From Candidatus Fimenecus sp. (GTDB taxonomy: Bacteria > Bacillota > Clostridia > Oscillospirales > Acutalibacteraceae): 64,000 bases of DNA. Of the stretch, positions 45,117 to 54,854 are shown in pieces. The position numbers and the translations under genes were made by a program. The first letter of the stretch is position 1; the number at the start of each line of letters is the position of its first letter. A model generated the notes under the pieces. That model did no database searches. It saw only the letters and a program-made list of their open reading frames with translations, and was not told the origin of the DNA. The stretch lies in NCBI GenBank assembly GCA_052169395.1, contig JBQNCN010000003.1:242279-306278 (forward strand), in the 5' to 3' direction.

Positions 45117-47096
45117 TCATTCAGATTTATATTTTCTTGTATAATTATCAATAGCAATTTTCAGCTTTTCTGCAGCCTCTTTAAAACTTACCCCGTCAAG
45201 CTGCGCTGCCGACATCGTACTGTGTCCTCCGCCACCAAGTTCCTCCATAATAAGCTGAACATTTATGTCACCCAAAGATCTTGCACTTATGTTAACAGCA
45301 TCTCCCGCCTTATACATAACAAAACTTGCTTTTACGCTGTTTACAGTAAGAAGTTCATCTGCTGCCTGTGAAGCTATAATTCTTATATCCTTGGAAGATA
45401 TATCCGCTTTTGAAACAATAAAATCATTATATATTTCAGCATTACCTATTATTGCACTTTTGGCACGCTGTGAATCTATATCTATTCCAAGGAAATTCTT
45501 AACTTTTATAGGATCGGCACCCTTAGATTTTAAAAATGCCGCAGCTTCATAAGTTCTAACCCCTGTTTTCATAAGAAGTCCCCTTGTATCAAGGGTTATT
45601 CCCGCCAAAAGAGCGTTTGCGGTTCTTTCATCCACAATATTCGGATTTTTAATATACTGCATAAGTTCAGCCACCATCTCCGAGGCTGAGCTTGCCGACG
45701 GCTCATGATACATAAGAACAGCATTTTTTATTGCATCAGTCGGTTTTCGATGATGATCTATAATCACAATATGCATAACCTTTTTTAAAAGTGAAATTGC
45801 CTCAACAGATCTTTCACGCTGTGTGTCACAAATTATCAAAAGAGTATCTTTTGAAGATATTTTTTCAGCTGCAGATACACTGATAAAACAATCTTTATCG
45901 GCTTTAAGATATGCAATAAGCTCTGTGGAAAGACTCTCATTTTCATTTATTACAATATGAGCTTTTTTTGAAAAACTTTTAGCTATTGCATACATACCAT
46001 AGCCTGCTCCGACAGAATCCAAATCTGAAAATTTGTGTCCCATAATAATTATATCGGATGCAGCCCCAATTAAATCCACAATAGATTCCGCAACAAGCCT
46101 TGTTTTAGCTCTTGTCCGTCTTTCAGGAGCTTCTGAAAGACCTCCGTAAAAATCATATTTATCGCCCGTTTTGGAAGCCACCTGATCGCCGCCTCTGCCA
46201 AGTGCCATATCCAGTGCCGCTCTTGCGGAACTCTCACTTTTAGAAACGGTATCTTCTCTACCTATTCCTATAGACAATGTTATTCCTGCCTTTTTTCCGT
46301 TCTTTGTATAATTTCTTACATCATCAACAATATGAAATTTTTCACGGAACATTCTGGCAATTTCTTTTTCAGGCATAACACCGATAAATCTTCCACCGCT
46401 TATTTTATGAAACACTCCCAAATATTTTGAAAACCAAAGTTCTATCATTCGTTCAATATCTGAAGAAACCGATATATAATCACTATCTTTAGAAGATATT
46501 GAAAATTCCTCAATACTCTCAACTATCGCCAAAAGTACACACGGTTGATTACTTTTAAATGTAGCTATACTATTCTTAAGCTCCGTTTCATCGGAATAAT
46601 ATAGTACCACCATTTCACCGTTTCTGTCCTTTGCCGTTTGAACAAAAACTGTATATTCCTTATCTCCCAAATCACATTCAAAACTTGTTTTACTTCGAAG
46701 CTCATCGCCCTTTAAACCTCCCGTAAAAACCTCGCTAATCGAAATATCGGGCTCAACCTCTCCTATAACGATTTCTTTAAATAAATCGTTATACCATATA
46801 ATATTGTCATTTTTATCAATTATAAGTGTCGGCATTGGAAAATTATAAAGGTTTGAAGTATCTTTAGGATTTATACTTTCATTAACACTTTTTACCGCAC
46901 TGCTTACAACTTTAAAATTCTTTTTAACTTTTATAAAAGCAATTATTGCAAAAACCGTTGAAAGAGCAAATTCAACTGCAGATACTAAAATCTTACCGTC
47001 AAACACTGCTGAAATAAGCGAAATTGCATAAAGCAAAAAAATCGCACTGAAAGTTATTGGATAAGTCCTTAATGTATTTCCGATTTTATTTTTCAT
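45117..47096 (-). CDS. gdpP: DHH/DHHA1 phosphoesterase with two N-terminal TM helices, GdpP-like (cyclic-di-AMP phosphodiesterase)
   Basis: Two TM helices, a PAS-like region and a degenerate GGDEF-like region, GHKFSDLDSVGAG, DHH (IIDHHRK), GGGGH. It sits in the conserved position upstream of rplI-dnaB. Confidence 0.85.
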   Translation of the reverse strand: MKNKIGNTLRTYPITFSAIFLLYAISLISAVFDGKILVSAVEFALSTVFAIIAFIKVKKNFKVVSSAVKSVNESINPKDTSNLYNFPMPTLIIDKNDNIIWYNDLFKEIVIGEVEPDISISEVFTGGLKGDELRSKTSFECDLGDKEYTVFVQTAKDRNGEMVVLYYSDETELKNSIATFKSNQPCVLLAIVESIEEFSISSKDSDYISVSSDIERMIELWFSKYLGVFHKISGGRFIGVMPEKEIARMFREKFHIVDDVRNYTKNGKKAGITLSIGIGREDTVSKSESSARAALDMALGRGGDQVASKTGDKYDFYGGLSEAPERRTRAKTRLVAESIVDLIGAASDIIIMGHKFSDLDSVGAGYGMYAIAKSFSKKAHIVINENESLSTELIAYLKADKDCFISVSAAEKISSKDTLLIICDTQRERSVEAISLLKKVMHIVIIDHHRKPTDAIKNAVLMYHEPSASSASEMVAELMQYIKNPNIVDERTANALLAGITLDTRGLLMKTGVRTYEAAAFLKSKGADPIKVKNFLGIDIDSQRAKSAIIGNAEIYNDFIVSKADISSKDIRIIASQAADELLTVNSVKASFVMYKAGDAVNISARSLGDINVQLIMEELGGGGHSTMSAAQLDGVSFKEAAEKLKIAIDNYTRKYKSE

Positions 47097-47106
47097 AATT
47101 CTATAA

Positions 47107-48984
47107 TCAAATTTCCGTTACAACAGGAATTATTACAGGTGTTCTTCCATAATTCCTATTTAAAATATGTGTAATTTCATTTTGAATTCTTGCCTTTACT
47201 TTATCAGGGTTAAGTCTGCTTCCAAAAGCCGCCTCACTTACAATCTTCATTGCAACATTAGAACATGTCTTTTTAACCTCATCATTTTGCTCACTATATG
47301 AAAAACCTCTTGAAATTACATCAGGACCTGTTACAAGATCACCGGTTTCCTTATCTATCGTCATAAGTATGAGAAGAATTCCGTCCTCTGCAAGCTTTCT
47401 TCTGTCCTTTAAAACAGAATCACCTACATCACCTACAGATGATCCGTCTACAAAAACATCATCCGCTTCCACTTTATTTACAAGCATCATTTTTTCATGA
47501 GATAAATCAACTTGATCGCCATTGTTAGGAATATATATATTTTCTTCAGAAATTCCAGTTGCAATCGCAAGATTCTTATTTGCGCTCATATGCTTAAGTT
47601 CACCATGAATCGGAATAAAAAATTTAGGCTTTATAAGACTCTGCAAAAGTTTTATTTCTTCCGCTCTTGCATGCCCTGAAACATGAACATCATACATCCT
47701 TTCATATATAACTTTTGCACCTTGCCTCAAAAGCTCATCAACCACATTCCCAACCATTTTTTCGTTTCCCGGTATCGGAGTTGCTGAAATTATTACATAA
47801 TCATTCTGATTTATCTGAATTTGTCTATGTCTGTTATACGCCATTCTATAAAGTGCGCTCATCGGCTCACCTTGCGATCCTGTTGTTACTATCACAAGAT
47901 TTTCAGGAGGATATTTATCACTGTCGTTTATATCTATCAATATGCCTTTCGGCACCTTTATATAACCGAGTTCCTCCGCAGTACCAACAACATTCAAAAG
48001 TGAACGACCTGAAAGAGCCACCTTTCTTCCAAGACTCTGGGCAACATCTATTATCTGCTGCACTCTGTGAATATTTGAAGCAAAGGTTGCAACAATAAGT
48101 CGTCTTCCCTCTGCATTTGCAAAAAGATTTTTAAATGAGATTCCCACTTTTTTTTCACTTTCTGTAAATCCCGGTTTTACCGCATTAGTGCTTTCACAAA
48201 GAAACGCAAGAACACCCTCTCTACCATAATCCGAAAATCTGCCCAAATCAATAACATCACCGTCAATCGGCGTTGTGTCAATTTTAAAATCTCCTGAATG
48301 AATAACCGTTCCTGCACCTGTTTTAATAGCAAATGCGACTGCATCGGGGATTGAATGATTTACATGGATTGGCTCAACTGTAAAGCCTCCGACGGTAATA
48401 TTGTCACCCGGTTTAATTACATTCAGTTTACAATCTTTTAAAATCCCCGCCTCTTTAAGCTTATTTTGAATAAGACCTATTGTGAGTCTTGTAGCATAAA
48501 CAGGAGCTTTTATCTGTTTTAAAAAGAACGGAAGAGCGCCTATATGATCCTCATGTCCATGTGTAATAAACACCGCTTTAAGCTTTTTTTCATTATCTTT
48601 TACAAATTTAAAATCCGGAATAACAAGATCAATTCCAAGCATATTACTGTCAGGAAAAGTCATGCCGCAATCAACAAGTATCATTTCATTTTTATACTCA
48701 AATGCAGTAATATTTTTCCCTACCTCATTTATTCCGCCTAAAAATGTAATTTTCACTTTTTCATTCGAATTTACCTTTTTAGTATTTTTTCTATTTAATT
48801 GCTGCGAAGTTTTTCTTGTCGTATTCTGTTTTCTGTTTGTTTTTCCTGCAGTCTTTATTACAAACGCTCCTGCACTTTGATTTGCCTTTACGGGCTTTTT
48901 TTTATTTAGATTGATTTTATTAACAGGATTTTTTTTCATCGGCTTTTTTGCCGTTTTTTCGTTGTTCTCCTGAATTTTAGCCAT
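47107..48984 (-). CDS. rnj: Ribonuclease J with a ~75-aa Lys/Asn-rich N-terminal extension
   Basis: Metallo-beta-lactamase motif THGHEDHIGALP and a beta-CASP layout. The canonical core starts at KVKITFLGGINEVGKN. Confidence 0.9.
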   Translation of the reverse strand: MAKIQENNEKTAKKPMKKNPVNKINLNKKKPVKANQSAGAFVIKTAGKTNRKQNTTRKTSQQLNRKNTKKVNSNEKVKITFLGGINEVGKNITAFEYKNEMILVDCGMTFPDSNMLGIDLVIPDFKFVKDNEKKLKAVFITHGHEDHIGALPFFLKQIKAPVYATRLTIGLIQNKLKEAGILKDCKLNVIKPGDNITVGGFTVEPIHVNHSIPDAVAFAIKTGAGTVIHSGDFKIDTTPIDGDVIDLGRFSDYGREGVLAFLCESTNAVKPGFTESEKKVGISFKNLFANAEGRRLIVATFASNIHRVQQIIDVAQSLGRKVALSGRSLLNVVGTAEELGYIKVPKGILIDINDSDKYPPENLVIVTTGSQGEPMSALYRMAYNRHRQIQINQNDYVIISATPIPGNEKMVGNVVDELLRQGAKVIYERMYDVHVSGHARAEEIKLLQSLIKPKFFIPIHGELKHMSANKNLAIATGISEENIYIPNNGDQVDLSHEKMMLVNKVEADDVFVDGSSVGDVGDSVLKDRRKLAEDGILLILMTIDKETGDLVTGPDVISRGFSYSEQNDEVKKTCSNVAMKIVSEAAFGSRLNPDKVKARIQNEITHILNRNYGRTPVIIPVVTEI

Positions 48985-49128
48985 ATTTTCTCCTTTTTAT
49001 TTTAAAATATGTAAATATATTAAATGTTTATTTTATAAATGCGTAAACTAACCCATACTAATCTAATAATTTTACAATAATAAGTATTTTTAGTCAAATT
49101 ATATACTTTTATTAATAGTTAACTTAAC

Positions 49129-49158
49129 TTGCAAAAACACCTCAAAAAGTCGTATAAT
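49129..49158 (+). promoter_or_regulatory. Promoter of the MATE gene
   Basis: TTGCAA (49129-49134), an 18-nt spacer, then TATAAT (49153-49158). Confidence 0.5.
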
Positions 49159-49192
49159 AATTTTTCAATAAATAGTTCAGGAGTATATTAAA

Positions 49193-50536
49193 ATGTCCGT
49201 AAAGCCGATGACAGAAGGTGCCCCGGCAAAACATATAATAAAATTTGCATTACCTATAATGACAGGAGCACTCTTACAACAACTTTATAACACAATAGAC
49301 ACCATAATTGTAGGGCGATTTTCAGGACAGGATGCACTTTCAGCAGTAGGCACAACAGGCACATTTGTTTTTCTGTTCATTGCCATTTCTTTAGGCTTTT
49401 CTTCAGGCAGTACCATCGTTGTTGCACAGCATTTCGGTGCAGGAGATAAACAAAGAATGCGCAAAGCCTCTTCAACGGGTATTATTCTTTTAATTCTAAT
49501 GGGATTTATATCAACGCTTTTATCAATTTTCACATCAAGGATTGCTCTAACATATTTCGTTTCTGTTCCGCAAAGCATATTAACTCTTTCAATGCAATAT
49601 TTTATAGTTTACTGCACAGGTCTTATATTTCAATTTGCATATAATATTTTTGCAGGACTTTTAAGAGCCGTCGGCGACAGCGCCTCAACGCTTTATTTCC
49701 TTCTTATTTCATCAGTCGCAAATATAATATTGGATCTGCTTTTTGTTGCAGTTTTTCATTGGGGAGTTATAGGTGCGGCGATAGCAACCGTTATTTCACA
49801 GTTTCTTTCAGCTGTTTGTGCATATATTTATATGATTAAAAAATATTCCGTTTTTCATTTCAAAACAAAAGAATTTAGATGGGATAAATTCTCAGCAAAA
49901 CAAACACTATCGGTCGGATTTCCAATTGCACTTCAGTTATGCCTTATATCAATAGGGCTCACTTTTATCCAAAAAGCTGTGAACGGTTTCGGAGTTTCTA
50001 TGACTGCTTCATTTACAGTAGGTCAGCGTATAGAAATGTATATGAACCTTCCCAGTAACGCTTTCCAGACAACTCTTGCAACATATGTGGGACAAAATGT
50101 CGGTGCAAAAAAAATTCACCGCATAAAAAAAGGCGTTCAACAAACCACTCTCATTTCACTTGCCCTTACACTTGCCATTTCTGCAACAGTTTGGATTTTT
50201 ACAAAAGAGATAATACAAATTTTCGGAATTTCAGGTGAAGCCGCCATTTTTTGCAATCAACATCTTAAAGCAATTTCTATTGTTAATGTAATTCTTGCAT
50301 CATATGTTCCGCTATTCGGAGTAATACAAGGTGCAAACCATAGCGGAATCGCAACAATTATCTCTTGCTTTGCACTAAGCACACGTGTTATAATCACGTA
50401 CACATTAAGATACAGTGAATTTTTCGGTCATACGATTATCTGGTGGAATGGACTTTTCGGTTTTGGCGTAGGTGCAATTCTCACTTGGGCATATTATTTT
50501 TCAGGAAAATGGAAGAAAAATTCAACACTTGAATAA
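49193..50536 (+). CDS. MATE family efflux transporter
   Basis: 447 aa, 12-TM layout. N-terminal IKFALPIMTGALLQQLYNTIDTIIVGR is typical of MATE/NorM proteins. Confidence 0.85.
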   Translation: MSVKPMTEGAPAKHIIKFALPIMTGALLQQLYNTIDTIIVGRFSGQDALSAVGTTGTFVFLFIAISLGFSSGSTIVVAQHFGAGDKQRMRKASSTGIILLILMGFISTLLSIFTSRIALTYFVSVPQSILTLSMQYFIVYCTGLIFQFAYNIFAGLLRAVGDSASTLYFLLISSVANIILDLLFVAVFHWGVIGAAIATVISQFLSAVCAYIYMIKKYSVFHFKTKEFRWDKFSAKQTLSVGFPIALQLCLISIGLTFIQKAVNGFGVSMTASFTVGQRIEMYMNLPSNAFQTTLATYVGQNVGAKKIHRIKKGVQQTTLISLALTLAISATVWIFTKEIIQIFGISGEAAIFCNQHLKAISIVNVILASYVPLFGVIQGANHSGIATIISCFALSTRVIITYTLRYSEFFGHTIIWWNGLFGFGVGAILTWAYYFSGKWKKNSTLE

Positions 50537-50554
50537 ATAAAAGGGAGATATATT

Positions 50555-50875
50555 ATGATTTCAACAACAACACCGTCAATTGATGGAAAAAAAATCATCA
50601 CCTACAAGGGCATCGTATTTGGAGAAGTAATAAATGGTGTAAACTTCATAAAAGATATCGGTGCAAACTTCAGAAACTTTTTCGGCGGACGTTCACAGGG
50701 CTATGAAAAAGAACTTATAACAGCAAGACAAAACGCCATAGCAGAAATGGAACAACGAGCATTGGAAATGGGTGCAAATGCCGTTGTAGGCGTTGACATA
50801 GACTATGAAGTACTTGGCACAAACGGAAACATGCTTATGGTAACAGCAAGCGGTACAGCGGTTGTAGTAGAATGA
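50555..50875 (+). CDS. YbjQ family protein (UPF0145)
   Basis: 106 aa. [36 protein letters not shown]...[12 protein letters not shown] matches the YbjQ family pattern. Confidence 0.8.
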   Translation: MISTTTPSIDGKKIITYKGIVFGEVINGVNFIKDIGANFRNFFGGRSQGYEKELITARQNAIAEMEQRALEMGANAVVGVDIDYEVLGTNGNMLMVTASGTAVVVE

Positions 50876-50885
50876 AAAAGTAAAT

Positions 50886-50917
50886 AAAAAAGCGGTTGAA
50901 TCAATCAACCGCTTTTT
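50886..50917. terminator. Bidirectional terminator overlapping the 3' end of the EamA gene
   Basis: AGCGGTTGA-atcaa-TCAACCGCT flanked by an A-run and a T-run. Confidence 0.75.
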
Positions 50918-51800
50918 CATTTTTTGTTTTTATAAATTCTGAAAATATAGCTGCACTTATAATTAAAATCGAACCCAAAATACCAAACAATGTTATTTTT
51001 TCATGCATATAAAATACTGAAACAGCAACTGCAACAACAGGATCAGCATAAGAAAAAATAGCAACAGTTCTTGTATGAAGCTTTACCATAAGATAAAAGT
51101 ATCCTATATATGCAGCTGCAGTAAATACAACTCCAAGCAAAATAAGAAGCACAATATTTTTAAAAGAAAAATCCAACATCTTTACATTTTCAGTCATTAA
51201 TATGTATGGTGTTGTCATTATAGCCGTCATAGAAAGCTGAATAGCCGTTCTTATAATCGCATCCCCTTTGGGATATTTTTTATTTATTATAATAACACAA
51301 CAATAACAGCTTGCACCTAAAAGAGCAAAAAGCATGCCCCTTATATCATCAGGACTCGGCTTCCCATTATTTACAACTCCCGATACCAAAATCATTCCGA
51401 AAAACGCCGCCAAAACGCAAACAATATGTTTAACGCCTAATTTTTCCTTTAAAAATATGGGAGATACTATAATAGTCAGAATAGGTGCCATATAATAGCA
51501 AACCGTTGCTGTTGCAATTGTTGTATGAGAATATGCATTAAAAAGACCTATCCAATCTCCGGAAAGGAGCATACCGCTCATAACCATAGGAAGTACTACA
51601 GATTTTATATCTTCTTTTTTTAGACGTTTTTTTGAAAAAATCAAATATATTATCAGGGCAGCTGCAGAAAACCATGCACGAAAACAGGCAATAACCGATG
51701 GAGGCATCGCTATTTCACGGACAATAGGTCCCATACAGCCGAACACAACCATCAAAACAAGATATTGAAGCTTTTGGATATAAGTTTTATTTAATGCCAT
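50901..51800 (-). CDS. EamA/DMT-superfamily transporter
   Basis: 299 aa, ten hydrophobic segments in a 5+5 duplicated layout. Confidence 0.75.
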   Translation of the reverse strand: MALNKTYIQKLQYLVLMVVFGCMGPIVREIAMPPSVIACFRAWFSAAALIIYLIFSKKRLKKEDIKSVVLPMVMSGMLLSGDWIGLFNAYSHTTIATATVCYYMAPILTIIVSPIFLKEKLGVKHIVCVLAAFFGMILVSGVVNNGKPSPDDIRGMLFALLGASCYCCVIIINKKYPKGDAIIRTAIQLSMTAIMTTPYILMTENVKMLDFSFKNIVLLILLGVVFTAAAYIGYFYLMVKLHTRTVAIFSYADPVVAVAVSVFYMHEKITLFGILGSILIISAAIFSEFIKTKNEKAVD

Positions 51801-51961
51801 CTCAGCACCCTTTCAACAACCATAAAAAAGCCGTCCTAAGACTGCTTTACTTAAAATATTATACACTAAGTTTTAAAAGTTTAAAGTTCTTTTTTCAATT
51901 CCTTTAATTTTTTTTAGTTTAATGTTAAAATTATAAAAAATCGAGAAAGGATAAGTTGCAC

Positions 51962-53200
51962 ATGAAAAATTGTATTATAGGACAGTCAGGCGGTCCAACT
52001 GTTGCCATAAACGCCTCTTTAGCAGGAGTTTTATCAAAATGTAAAGAATATAACTGCGCTCATATATACGGTATGATAAACGGTATAAAAGGACTGCTCG
52101 ACAATACAATTCTTGATTTAAACAATATTTTTAAAAACGAAGAAGATATAGACCGTTTGAAAAAATCTCCTGCCATGTATCTTGGAAGCTGCCGATATAA
52201 ACTTCCAACTCCAAATACAGATTCCGGCATTTACAATGCAATTTTTGATAAATTCAAAGAACTTGAAATAACCGATTTTTTCTATATTGGCGGAAATGAT
52301 TCTATGGACACGGTTGATAAACTTTCAAAATATGCAAATAAAATAGGTTCAAAAATACATTTTATAGGAATCCCTAAAACAATAGACAATGATTTGGCCG
52401 CAACCGATCACACACCCGGATTCGGAAGCGCTGCAAAATATGTTGCCGGTTCAATGCTTGAGATTGCATTTGATAGTAGCATATACAAACTTAAATCCAT
52501 TACAATAGTTGAGATAATGGGCAGAAATGCAGGTTGGCTTACTGCTGCATCTGCACTTGCAAAAACAAATTTCAGCAGTGCTCCCGACTTAATCTATCTT
52601 CCAGAAGTCCCCTTTGATAAAAACAAGTTTTTAAACGATATTCAAAAGCTTTTTAAAAAGAAACACTCCATTATTATAGCCGTATCGGAAGGAATAAAAA
52701 CAAAAGACGGACATTATCTTGATCAAGACTGCAAAAGTACAAATAAAGATGCGTTTGGCCACATAATCCATTCAGGAACAGGTAAAATTTTAGAACAGCT
52801 TGTTATGCAAAAATTCAACTGCAAGGTTCGATCTATCGAACTGAATGTACTTCAGCGATGCGCTATGCATATGGCAAGCAAAACCGATATTGAAGAAGCG
52901 TTTGAAATTGGACAACAGGCGGTAATTTCTGCAAAAAACGGTGAAAGTGCAATTATGATGATATTTAAAAGAATATCCAACAAGCCGTATTTAACGGAAA
53001 TTCAAAGTGAAAACATAGAAAACATCGCAAATGCAGAACGCGGAATACCAATTGATTGGATTAACGAAGATCATAACGGAATAAAAAAAGAACTTTATAA
53101 CTATATGCTCCCATTAATTCAAGGAGAAGTAGAACTCAAATATAAAAATGGAATTCCAAGTTATATTAATATATCACATTTAAACCACTCTGAAATTTAA
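51962..53200 (+). CDS. pfp: 6-phosphofructokinase, long PfkA-family form, predicted pyrophosphate-dependent
   Basis: IIGQSGGPTVAINA, GGNDSMDT and IGIPKTIDNDL. Asp replaces Gly at the GGDGS position and Lys replaces Gly in PGTIDND, which are the residues known to separate PPi from ATP enzymes. The start may instead be the TTG at 51956. Confidence 0.75.
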   Translation: MKNCIIGQSGGPTVAINASLAGVLSKCKEYNCAHIYGMINGIKGLLDNTILDLNNIFKNEEDIDRLKKSPAMYLGSCRYKLPTPNTDSGIYNAIFDKFKELEITDFFYIGGNDSMDTVDKLSKYANKIGSKIHFIGIPKTIDNDLAATDHTPGFGSAAKYVAGSMLEIAFDSSIYKLKSITIVEIMGRNAGWLTAASALAKTNFSSAPDLIYLPEVPFDKNKFLNDIQKLFKKKHSIIIAVSEGIKTKDGHYLDQDCKSTNKDAFGHIIHSGTGKILEQLVMQKFNCKVRSIELNVLQRCAMHMASKTDIEEAFEIGQQAVISAKNGESAIMMIFKRISNKPYLTEIQSENIENIANAERGIPIDWINEDHNGIKKELYNYMLPLIQGEVELKYKNGIPSYINISHLNHSEI

Positions 53201-53236
53201 TTCGGATTCCATATTCATTCTATTGGAGTAATAAAA

Positions 53237-54697
53237 ATGGCAAGTGGAATTAAACAAAACATTCAAAAAACTGCTTTTAAAGCAACCTCAAAATATCTTT
53301 TAAATAAACTTTACACAGCAAAAACAGACGAAGAAAAAAAAATCGTTTTGGTTAAGGTCGCTGAAAATATTATAAAATACACAAATGGAATTTTTGCATC
53401 AAAAAGTTTTGAAAAAATGATTTTGGGATTAAAGGACAATGACAATGTCTGGGTTAAATATGCTATTTCAATTTTAAACGATATTGACAGACATATTCTT
53501 GAAACCCTTATTATGAGTCTCGGTATTGAAACAGGACTTTTCGGCTCAAAACAAGTTCGTGAAAACCGTAATAAATATCATTGCAATATCCCGAATATAA
53601 TTTTATTTGACCCCACCTCAGGTTGTAATTTGAAATGCAAAGGCTGTTGGGCTGCCGATTATGGCCATAAAGAAAATCTTACGCTTGACGAAATGCGTTC
53701 AATCGTTTCACAAGGTCGAGCTCTCGGAACACATTTCTATATGATGACCGGAGGAGAACCGCTGATAAGGAAAAATGATATTATTACTCTATGTAATGAA
53801 AATCAAGATTGTGCTTTTTTATGCTATACAAATGCAACTCTTATCGACCAAAATTTTTGCAATGAAATAAAAAAAACAGGCAATCTTATCTTGGCACTTT
53901 CAATTGAGGGAACAAAAGAAACTAACGACTGGCGCAGAGGCGAAGGCTCATATCAAAAAACACTGAATGCAATGGCTCTTTTAAAGAAAAACAAATGTTT
54001 TTTTGGTATCTCTTGTTGCTATACAAGCCAAAACCTTGATTCAATTACAAATTTTGATTTTATAGATGAAATGGTGCAAAACGGTGCAAAATTCGGTGCA
54101 TGGTTTAATTTTATGCCTGTAGGACACGATGCGTCGGCAGAACTTATTCCCACTCCAAAACAGCGTGCATATATGTATTCATGGGTAAAAAAAATGCGTG
54201 ATAAGCATGAAGGCAAACCGATTTTTATAATGGATTTTCAAAATGATGGAGAGCATGTCGGCGGTTGTATTGCAGGTGGAAGACACTATTTTCATATAAA
54301 TTCGCACGGTGATATGGAACCTTGCGTGTTTATTCATTTTTCAGACAGCAATATTCGTGAAAAAACAATTTTAGAAGCTTTAAAATCTCCGCTTTTTATG
54401 GCATATTATCATAATCAACCTTTTAACGACAATCATCTACGTCCTTGCCCTATGCTTGAAAATCCCGACTTACTGCGAAAAATGATTAAGCAGACGAAGG
54501 CGCAATCTTCAGATTTAGTTCACCATGAAACCGTTGATGAGCTTTGCGCAAAATGTGATGATTTTGCTAAAAATTGGACGCCAAAAGCTGATGAACTTTG
54601 GAAAAATAATAAACATCCCGACAACTTTGTTGATTTTTATCGCGATACTCCATGGGGTAAAAAAGAAATACAAAATAATGAAACCGAACTTTTATAA
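53237..54697 (+). CDS. Radical SAM protein with an N-terminal ~110-aa extension and a Cys-containing (SPASM/twitch-like) C-terminal region
   Basis: CNLKCKGCW CxxxCxxC cluster motif, GGEPL, later GGCIAGGRHYFHINSHGDMEPCVF and CPM/CAKC cysteines. Confidence 0.75.
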   Translation: MASGIKQNIQKTAFKATSKYLLNKLYTAKTDEEKKIVLVKVAENIIKYTNGIFASKSFEKMILGLKDNDNVWVKYAISILNDIDRHILETLIMSLGIETGLFGSKQVRENRNKYHCNIPNIILFDPTSGCNLKCKGCWAADYGHKENLTLDEMRSIVSQGRALGTHFYMMTGGEPLIRKNDIITLCNENQDCAFLCYTNATLIDQNFCNEIKKTGNLILALSIEGTKETNDWRRGEGSYQKTLNAMALLKKNKCFFGISCCYTSQNLDSITNFDFIDEMVQNGAKFGAWFNFMPVGHDASAELIPTPKQRAYMYSWVKKMRDKHEGKPIFIMDFQNDGEHVGGCIAGGRHYFHINSHGDMEPCVFIHFSDSNIREKTILEALKSPLFMAYYHNQPFNDNHLRPCPMLENPDLLRKMIKQTKAQSSDLVHHETVDELCAKCDDFAKNWTPKADELWKNNKHPDNFVDFYRDTPWGKKEIQNNETELL

Positions 54698-54721
54698 AGA
54701 CCTGCATTTTGCAGGTCTTTT
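54697..54721 (+). terminator. Terminator after the radical SAM gene
   Basis: AAAGACCTGC-atttt-GCAGGTCTTT followed by T. Confidence 0.75.
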
Positions 54722-54724
54722 AAA

Positions 54725-54750
54725 AAACTCTCAACCAAAGTTGAGAGTTT
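54725..54750 (-). terminator. Terminator after tRNA-Leu
   Basis: AAACTCTCAAC-caaa-GTTGAGAGTTT. On the minus strand it is followed by a U-run. Confidence 0.7.
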
Positions 54751-54836
54751 GGTGCGGATGACAGGACTTGAACCTGCACGGTATTACTACCACAAGAACC
54801 TGAATCTTGCGCGTCTGCCAATTTCGCCACATCCGC
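54750..54836 (-). tRNA. tRNA-Leu (anticodon CAG)
   Basis: 87 nt on the minus strand: acceptor GCGGATG/CATCCGC, anticodon stem CAAGA/TCTTG with loop TTCAGGT, long variable arm GGTAgtaaTACC, T loop TTCAAGT, encoded CCA. Confidence 0.9.
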
Positions 54837-54854
54837 ATAGGCATTATTTTATCA

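Noticed and set aside
44931-45371. 146-aa plus-strand ORF, and similar antisense ORFs such as 33128..33508, 43870..44217, 47715..48098 and 25497..25826
   Set aside because: All lie antisense to strongly supported conserved genes (rplI/gdpP, rnfD, dnaB, rnj, znuB). They lack RBS motifs and have low-complexity translations.
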